From Pseudogymnoascus verrucosus (Eukaryota), in assembly GCA_001662655.1 (NCBI GenBank), contig KV460216.1: a stretch of DNA of 58,791 nt, one strand, 5' to 3'. Under the pieces are notes generated by a model, which saw only the letters and a program-made list of their open reading frames with translations, was not told the origin of the DNA and did no database searches. Positions 51,078-58,791 of the stretch are shown piece by piece. The position numbers were made by a program, and so were the translations under genes. Within the stretch, counting starts at the first letter, position 1. Each line of letters starts with the position of its first letter.

Positions 51078-52457
51078 ATGGCGAGTGCAGATTCCGATGT
51101 CCACGCTGCTCTGCAAGATGCGGTGGCCAGCTTCGTAGCGGCGAACCCCGCTTCAGAGAAGGTATTCAACAGAGCCTCAGATCATCTCCCGGCCGGGAAC
51201 ACTCGCAGTACCCTCTTCTCTCCGCCATTCCCTGTGGCAATCACGATTGCCAGTGGTTGCTCCATCCGCTCCGCAGATGGAGATGTCTACCTTGACATGG
51301 TTGGCGAGTACACCGCCGGTATCTACGGCCACTCGCACCCGGATATCCTCCAGGCTCTTGAGGGGGCCTTGCTAAATGGCGTCAATTTTGGCGCAACAAG
51401 TCCGCTCGAGGGGGAGCTAGCGGCAAGGATCAAGAAAAGGTTCCAGGCGGGTGCCGGCCTCGAGATGGTCAGATTCACAAACTCGGGCACGGAGGCAAAC
51501 ATTCTAGCAACGACGACCGCGCAGGTCTGGACCGGGAGGAGCAAGATCCTTACCTTTGCGGGATCATATCATGGATCTGTTCTATCCTTCCATACCAAGG
51601 GGGAATTGGATCCAATGACAATGCCGGGGGAATACGTCGTGGCAGACTACAACTCCATCGAGTCTGTCGATGAGGAGTTATCTCGGGTGCCAGCAGACTC
51701 CCTGGCGGCGATATTGGTCGAGCCCATGCAAGGGGCAGGCGGATGCCTTCCTGCGTCGATTAAATTCCTGCAGCATCTACGCGCTCGGGCAACCGAGCTA
51801 AAGGCACTGCTCATTTTTGATGAGGTGATGACAAGCCGCCTACACCATGCAGGGGGCCTGGCCGGCAAATATGGCATCAAGCCGGACCTCATGACCATGG
51901 GCAAGTACCTTGGTGGCGGAATGAGCTTCGGGATCTTTGGCGGTCGCCGCGAGATTATGGAGCTCTTCAACCCGAAGAGCGGTGGCGTGGTGACGACGGC
52001 CGATGGAATGCAGAAGCCAATGTCGTTAATGCACAGCGGCACGTTCAACAACAATGTTCTCACAATGCATGCAGGGATTGCGGGGACCAAGATATTGACA
52101 GAGGCTGTCCTGACCCAACTAAACGAGCTGGGAGATTATCTCCGCCAGGCTGTGCTGTCGATCCTTGTTGAGAAGGGGCTCGTTTGCGCGGCGACGGAAG
52201 CGGACATGCGTGATATTGCTACGGTGCCAAGGGGTCGGATATGGATCTCGGGCGTTGGCTCGATCAACGCCATCCATTTCGGCGCAAACGACGAGTTGGT
52301 GGAGCTGAGAGACTTGTTCTACTTCCACATGATCAAGAATCATATATACGTTACCCGGAGGGGGTTTGTGGCCCTCACAATTGTGCATACTAAGGATGAT
52401 ATAGATCGCTATGTGAAGTGTGTGGCAAGCTTTGCTGACAGGTGGGGTGGTGCCTAG
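51078..52457 (+). CDS. Class III PLP-dependent aminotransferase (GSA-aminomutase-like / beta-amino-acid transaminase-like), intronless
   Basis: 459-aa ORF with LPAGNTRS, RFTNSGTEAN, YHG, ILVEPMQGAGG, IFDEVMT, DLMTMGKYLGGG (PLP Lys) and HSGTFNNN. Confidence 0.9.
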   Translation: MASADSDVHAALQDAVASFVAANPASEKVFNRASDHLPAGNTRSTLFSPPFPVAITIASGCSIRSADGDVYLDMVGEYTAGIYGHSHPDILQALEGALLNGVNFGATSPLEGELAARIKKRFQAGAGLEMVRFTNSGTEANILATTTAQVWTGRSKILTFAGSYHGSVLSFHTKGELDPMTMPGEYVVADYNSIESVDEELSRVPADSLAAILVEPMQGAGGCLPASIKFLQHLRARATELKALLIFDEVMTSRLHHAGGLAGKYGIKPDLMTMGKYLGGGMSFGIFGGRREIMELFNPKSGGVVTTADGMQKPMSLMHSGTFNNNVLTMHAGIAGTKILTEAVLTQLNELGDYLRQAVLSILVEKGLVCAATEADMRDIATVPRGRIWISGVGSINAIHFGANDELVELRDLFYFHMIKNHIYVTRRGFVALTIVHTKDDIDRYVKCVASFADRWGGA

Positions 52458-53470
52458 CACAGCAAGGGATTCCGCGAGCCCCTGTACGGGGCTTCGAGCA
52501 GGGGCTGAATGGATCTCACCGCTGGGTTACATTGGCCACCTCAAAATAGAAGCGAAGTAGGGCTGTCGCCGCATATCATTATCACATTATCTACACCGTT
52601 CATTTCATGTGGAGCAGTACAGACCATCAAGTCGTGAGCGAAAGGACCTCCACGGCCGCATTCGTGTGGCCGTTATTAGACGGCATAGCCTCCTTCATAC
52701 TCCCCTTTGTAAGAGTACCCTCCGGGTATGCCTAGCGAAGGGTAGGGACAAAGGGATCGCCTGGGACCACCGTCCCGTCAAAGACGAGCTGTCAACTATA
52801 AGCCATCATAGTTGTGTTCTAGGAAGGAGGGTCCCACGGTTGAAAGGCGCGGGTATCTACCCAAGGATCTGGATTTGTTTGCTCGGGTTGATTCCCGTCG
52901 GTACCCTCTTCGTCCAACGTGACAGCTCGGCACCAGCCGCCCCGGGGGTAGTTCCTACAGTATCTGCCTAGCTGCAGAATCCCTCCATCCCGTGCTGCCG
53001 AGAGGAGCTATTATCTGTGCCTTTCCGGCCCGCCCGTATAATTTATCTATGCGTATTTGCAAGCGTCCAATCTTGATTCGCTTGGCCCACCTCGGATCAC
53101 ATCCTGTCGAAGGAAGGAATCCCACCTTGCATGCCATATGAGCAACCTCGACATCGGCGATTCCTTCCCGTCAACCTGCTTCTATTATATGGAGTACACC
53201 AAGGTAAGCTGCATCTTGCTCTCCATATCCCATATTTTAGTCACGTCACACTGTTGCATTGCCTTGCTGTATCCATCCGAGACTCGCTCAAACAGAATAC
53301 CAAGGGGTTCCGTACTCGTTCTCACATTTAGAAACGATGGACGAACCGGTATGCAATAAAGCGAGGGCCTCTCCTCGTAAGCTTCTTAGTCTCCATATTT
53401 TCCCAATCACCTTTCCCATACTATCCCAAGAAAGTTATATTTTATTACATTCACATTCCATTATTCCATT

Positions 53471-56262
53471 ATGCCTCCTCGACTTACGCGATCGGCCTCG
53501 GCAGCGAGGGCCAGATCAACGCAGCACAAGGCGGGCAGGGCCAAAACCGCCAGCTCTGTGGCAACTGGTTCGAAACGAAGACGAGAAGATGATGATGTGG
53601 AAGCCGTTTTAAAGCGGCGGCGACAAGGTGATAAAGAACCCGATATCCAATTCCTCCTACCTTCCTGGAGGTTCCTGGGCCAACATGGAAGAGTTCCACG
53701 GTATCCAGTGGATTCTTCCGAAGATGGCTATACCAGGGAGGACCCGGTCGAGGAATCTCCTAAAGACGATCCTGACGAATCCACAGGCACGGAACCTACC
53801 CCCGATGGCTACGAGGACTCTTCTTCATCTGAGGATGAGTCGGATGAAGACTCGGAGGAAGGCGAAGACCCCGAGTCGGACCCCGACTCGTCCTCAGACT
53901 CCTCTTGAGAGTCGGGGGAAGAGTCCGAGGAAGATGACTCCGATGGGGAAGATGCTGACGAGGAGGATGAACGGCACCCGAAGAGGCCAGTTTATGGGGT
54001 GCCTATGGAATCAACCTCCCGCGAAAAGGTTACAGATGACAAAGAAGTCGACGAAGATGTAAGTTTATTATATGTCAATATTCCCTTCGTTCAACAATCG
54101 TTTCTGGTTCTACTCTGACTCGTTTCTTCCACAGGATGAACATCTTCACTGCGAAGCATCTGCTTCTAACTTTGATTCCATGAATGGGGGCGACTTGTAC
54201 GAGTCTCCATTGAAAGACCAGTCCGGCCGCTAAACAGCCGCTATGGAGACCAGTGTCGATGAGAATGATCAAGAAGTAAGTTTATTCGACGTTTGTCACC
54301 ACTAAATTATCCTTATGAGCTACTAGCTAACTTGGTTCTATGCAAAGGAAGAACGCCGCCGCAATTACGAGGCACGCCTTGTAGAACAAGGTATGGCGAG
54401 TGAGGTCGCTACCGGAGTTGCAAATGGAGACTATGAGTTGCCCTTGTTAGATCAGCCTTATGATCCTTTATACCCCTCCGGGGAAGAAAGTATCATCGAT
54501 GCCTACGAGGGTATTAAAGAAGTGGATATTTTAGCGGTAAGCTTGTCTAACATTCATCGTTATTAAATCATAGCACATTGTTCTTGGCTGACCTAGAGTT
54601 TTACACAGGACACGCAGCACGTTCTTCGCAAACGTCAAATCTTGGATACAGTGGTGCCAATCGCGGATGCCGTCGCGATTTACAATGAAATGTATTTCCC
54701 GTCTACAAAGGCCCAGTCTGGTCCCCAAGCAACCTCCGATGGCAAGAAGGGTTGTCAAGATGTAAGTGGATTTGCAATATATAATCATATATAGTTATCA
54801 TCTAACTTTGTTTATTTCCTAGGACGACGGCCAGCATTACATCAAGCCACGAATGGCAAGCAGTGAAATTTACTGCCCTCCTGCGACTATATCGCCCCAT
54901 CTTCCTGTACATATTACCGCAGAGCAATTTCGGGATATTTTAATCGATGAAGACTTCACTCGGAAGTATTTCACCTTCAATGATACGGCGACCATTGGCG
55001 ACTGGATGCCTCCACTATACGACCCCAGTCTGACCGCAGACAAAAATATAGCGAATCATCTCATCATGAGAGCTCTCAAATGGCCTCTTTGCATGTCTGG
55101 CTTCGAGACGCCAGAAACCGTCGCGGCTGCTATAGAGGCACAGACGATGGTGGATCTCTCCCGACGGTTGTTTTTATGGGCCTATAAGGCAGCGGCGGAT
55201 GTCATTGGCGAGTTTGTGATGGACCTTATCCACCAGGCGCTTCTGGTTCCGGCCATGGTGGTCCTGAGGGCAGCCGTGGCAGACTTGAAGCAACCGGATC
55301 CAGTCCCATCGAGGAAGGGCCTGGCAACATCTGTGGCAGCTCTGGTATTGCCAGTTCGGGTTTCCCTAACGAAAACTACTTCAGCGCTAGTGGTAGTCCA
55401 AGACCAACCGCGGCAGTCACCATCTGCGCGAATTGGAAATACTTCAGTGTTGAAGTCAAAACCCGCGCCAATCATCCCTTCATCCAGCAAGACGTCACGA
55501 ACATTAGCAGCGGCAACGAGTCGGCCGGAGCCTGTCGTCCCATCTTCCACCAAGGACTCAGTGAAGGCATCACCCCTGAAGACAAATCTTTCAACGCCTG
55601 GTACACCCTCCTCCACCAAAGCCGACCCAAAAAAACCCCGGCCCAAGCCGTCGACCGCAACGCCGAGTCTACCACCACCTAGCAAAGCACCAGCGGTAGC
55701 TAGCAAGCTGGAAACACAGCTTGGGAAAACTTCACCTGTTGACTTTCGGGCCGAGAAGTCAAAATATCTTAAGCCCGGTGTCCTCTCAACTAGTAAGGCC
55801 CTATCCGTGAGTAGCAAGCCTCAACGCCAAATTGGTTTGGCCTCGACACAAAAGTTGCCGCAAAAACGACATCTGTCATCATCTCCCTCGTCCAGCTCAT
55901 CGCCAATCCCCTCGCGGTCCTCAAGCCCGTCATTGCCACAGCCGCATGCGAGGACAGTTTCGAAGGGAAAAGAGACACAGATACTTCCTAGGGACATGGT
56001 TGCCGCCACTGCGCAGCGTTCACTGCCATCCTCGCCCGCGAAAGTTAAAGGTGAACCGCTTCAGAGCCTTGGAGCTGTCGATAGTCATGTCGCGCTGCCA
56101 AAAACACCAACCAACCGGGTTGATGTGGTAGGGGGTTTGAAGATGAAGTTTGAAGAAGTGCAGTCGTCTCTTCAGAAAAAGAAAGCTTTCGAAATGGCAC
56201 CAAGCGAACAAATAGCTGCCCTAGACACAATACTCACATCCCTGATTGAAGTGTTAAAGTAG
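53471..56262 (+). pseudogene. Five-exon orphan gene with two in-frame stops (or a shortened gene starting at ATG 54243)
   Basis: Exons 53471-54058, 54135-54275, 54348-54536, 54609-54761 and 54823-56262 all join in phase 0 into one frame. In-frame TGA at 53906-53908 and TAA at 54231-54233. Confidence 0.65.
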
Positions 56263-56724
56263 AACTAGGCTAGGGCAATTGCAAGCTAGTCGGTCATTGG
56301 AGAAGACTGATGACTTCGGGTTTTGGGGCACAGAGTATTCGGCGGATGTAATGGAATGAATGCTGGGTGCTCCACTCCAAGGTTGTCTATGTACTATTTA
56401 TTATATGCGCAATTATTCCTTAATATTATTATATCGTTGGTTATTTGGTTACTAGTATTCATTAATAATTTCGAAGTGTTTGTTTCCCTTAATTAAATCA
56501 CCTATATCTTATTACTCTTGCTTCCGTATCTGTTTTGAGCTTGGCTCTGTGATTTTGGCACCTTGAGGTTTTTGATATTGATTTATCTTTGCGCTGTCAG
56601 TGTGAAAGATGACCGTAATAAGAACCGCCGTATCGGATGTAGTATTTTCCGTTGTTTACATATCCCCACCTCGTCCCACCAATTTCCCAGTGATCTTCTT
56701 CGCACATCAACTAAACCACCAGAC

Positions 56725-58353
56725 ATGCGCTCATTATCATTGCCTTTGCCTGTCGCTCTTTCTTTGTTGGGAAGCGCCTGTGCTTTCCAAATCCCATTTC
56801 TCTCTACCCCTGACAATCACCCTGGCAAACACAACACCATCTTCTCCACACCGACGCCAGCGACCCCTGTCACCTCAGATGAGCTTGAACAGTTAATTAA
56901 CCCCGACAACCTCTTTAGGCGGGCCGAGCAGCTCTTCGAGATTGCGAAGCTCAGCATCGAAGAATATGGTCATCCCACTCGCGTGATTGGTAGTAAAGGT
57001 GCGCGCTACAGCTTTCTTACCCGGTCCTTCCGTACCACGTCGGTGTTGTTAGGCGGTGACTAATCGCGTAGTACAGGGCACCTTGGGACCGTCGACTATA
57101 TTTACTCTACCATTGCGGACCTGGGCGACTATTACAGCCTCTCCAACCAGACTTTTGCGGCCGTGACGGGCAATGTCTTCGAATCTCGTCTTGTGCTCGG
57201 GCACGAGGTTCCGAAGTCCGCGGCCCCGATGGGCCTTACCCCCCCAACAAAAAACCGCGGCCCAGTCTACGGTCAATTACGACTCGTCAGTCATTATGGG
57301 TGTGACGAACACGATTTTGAGTCCGATGGGAAGGGGCCTTGGATCGCCCTAGTGAGCAGGGGGATATGTCCCTTTGGCACAAAATCAGCGAACGCAGGCA
57401 AGGCTGGCGCCATCGCAGTAATCATCTACAACAATGAGAAAGGCGGCGTCTCTGGTACTCTTGGCCAGCCTTCTAAACATCATGTCGCTACGTTTGGGAT
57501 ATCAGACACAGACGCTGCTCCATATATCGAGAAGCTGAAGGGCGGACATCCCGTCGACTCGATCGCATTCATCGACGCCATAGTCGACACCATTAGGACG
57601 ACCAACATCATCGCGCAGACGCGAGGTGGCGACCCAGAGAACTGCGTCATGCTTGGTGGACATAGCGACAGTGTTGCAGAGGGCCCCGGAATCAATGACG
57701 ATGGGTCGGGCTCGATCAGCCTCCTTGAGGTGGCGACGCAGCTTACGCGGTTTTCTGTCACAAACTGTGTTCGCTTCGCGTGGTGGGCGGGTGAGGAGGA
57801 GGGATTGCTGGGATCGGATTACTACGTCGCTCAGCTCAGCGCCGCCGAGAACCAGCGCATCCGGCTGTTTATGGACTATGACATGATGGCGTCGCCCAAT
57901 TTCGCCTTCCAAATCTACAACGCGACTGATGCAGTGAACCCAGCGGGATCGCAACAGCTACGTGAGCTGTACGCAGATTATTATGAGGCGCAAAGCCTGA
58001 ATCATACGCTCATACCGTTCGATGGGCGGAGCGACTACGACGCTTTCCTACGCAGCGGGGTCCCGTCTGGGGGTATCGCCACAGGCGCAGAAGGCATCAA
58101 GACGGCGGCTGAGGCAGAGATGTTTGGCGGCTCGGCTGGTGAATGGTTTGACCCATGCTACCACCAGCTCTGCGACAACCTATCGAACTTAGACATGGTA
58201 GCGTGGGAAGTTAACACGAAGCTGATCGCGCACTCGGTGGCGACATACGCGCGAACGCTCGAGGATTTTCCAAAGAGGGCAGATAACCTCGCAGCAAAGA
58301 GCATGACAGCCCCGAGAAATGAAGTGTATCATGGGCACAAACTCATCATGTAG
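56725..58353 (+). CDS. APE3: Aminopeptidase Y-like M28 metallopeptidase with PA domain, 2 exons
   Basis: Signal peptide MRSLSLPLPVALSLLGSACA, HPTRVIGSKGH across intron 56999-57076, and PA domain (LVSRGICPFGTK). Zn ligands in GGHSDSV, GINDDGSG, AGEEEGLLGS, DYDMMAS and CYH. Confidence 0.93.
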
Positions 58354-58574
58354 CGAACCTACGTAGACTACTTATATATATTCGCGTGACGCTCAACAAC
58401 CCTACGTACTATACTGCTGCCTTTATCTTGATTACAACCTATTATCAGTAATGCATTCATATTCTTAGAAGGTTGGTTTACAACAAAAACGAAATACCAG
58501 ACTTAGCTAGGTTTGTAGATACCAACCCCTACGGCCGCGGCCTCGCCGGGCGGCTCCTCCCGCCCCAGCTACCC

Positions 58575-58665
58575 GGCGACCCCCCCCCCCCCCCACACCC
58601 CCCCCCCGACCCCCCCCCCCAAAACCCCCCCCCCGCCCCCCCCCCCCCCACCCCCCCCTCCCCCG

Positions 58666-58702
<37 letters not shown>

Positions 58703-58705
58703 ACC

Positions 58706-58772
<67 letters not shown>

Positions 58773-58791
58773 ACCCCCCCCCCCCCCCCCC
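58575..58791. other. Poly-C low-complexity contig end, probably a sequencing or assembly artefact
   Basis: Almost pure C for more than 200 nt at the window end. Confidence 0.8.

Noticed and set aside
52454..52506. Helitron 3' end (hairpin plus CTAG on the minus strand)
   Set aside because: The spacing is too long, the CTAG is the aminotransferase stop and is not followed by T, and there is no Rep/helicase.
58507..58791. Gly-rich ORFs or G-quadruplex at the window end
   Set aside because: Derived from a near-homopolymeric C run at the contig end, probably an artefact.

Overview
Intron-containing, GC-rich filamentous-ascomycete DNA. It is probably Pseudogymnoascus, because the secreted subtilisin closely resembles the P. 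destructans 'Destructin' proteases as recalled from memory. Conserved genes, left to right: rif1 (truncated by the window edge), a DUF8035-type protein, ric8, a HYPK-like protein, class II DAHP synthase, rcf1, ilv1, a C12 ubiquitin hydrolase, a basic amino-acid permease, a subtilisin, an acyl-CoA thioesterase, an SDR, the plasma-membrane H+-ATPase, an intronless class III aminotransferase and aminopeptidase Y. Two accessory patches interrupt them. About 19-26.5 kb carries two orphan, repeat-rich, putatively Zn/DNA-binding proteins. About 53.4-56.3 kb carries a five-exon orphan gene with two in-frame stop codons. Notable non-coding structure: a nine-copy 16-bp motif array with variable spacers behind the permease, a repeat-expanded intron, a dense cis-element module between the divergent permease and protease, and a promoter duplication that multiplies PacC sites. 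No tRNA, rRNA, CRISPR array or intact transposon could be supported. There is an N-gap at 25111-25188 and a low-quality poly-C end. Exon boundaries were read by eye, and no database search was run.
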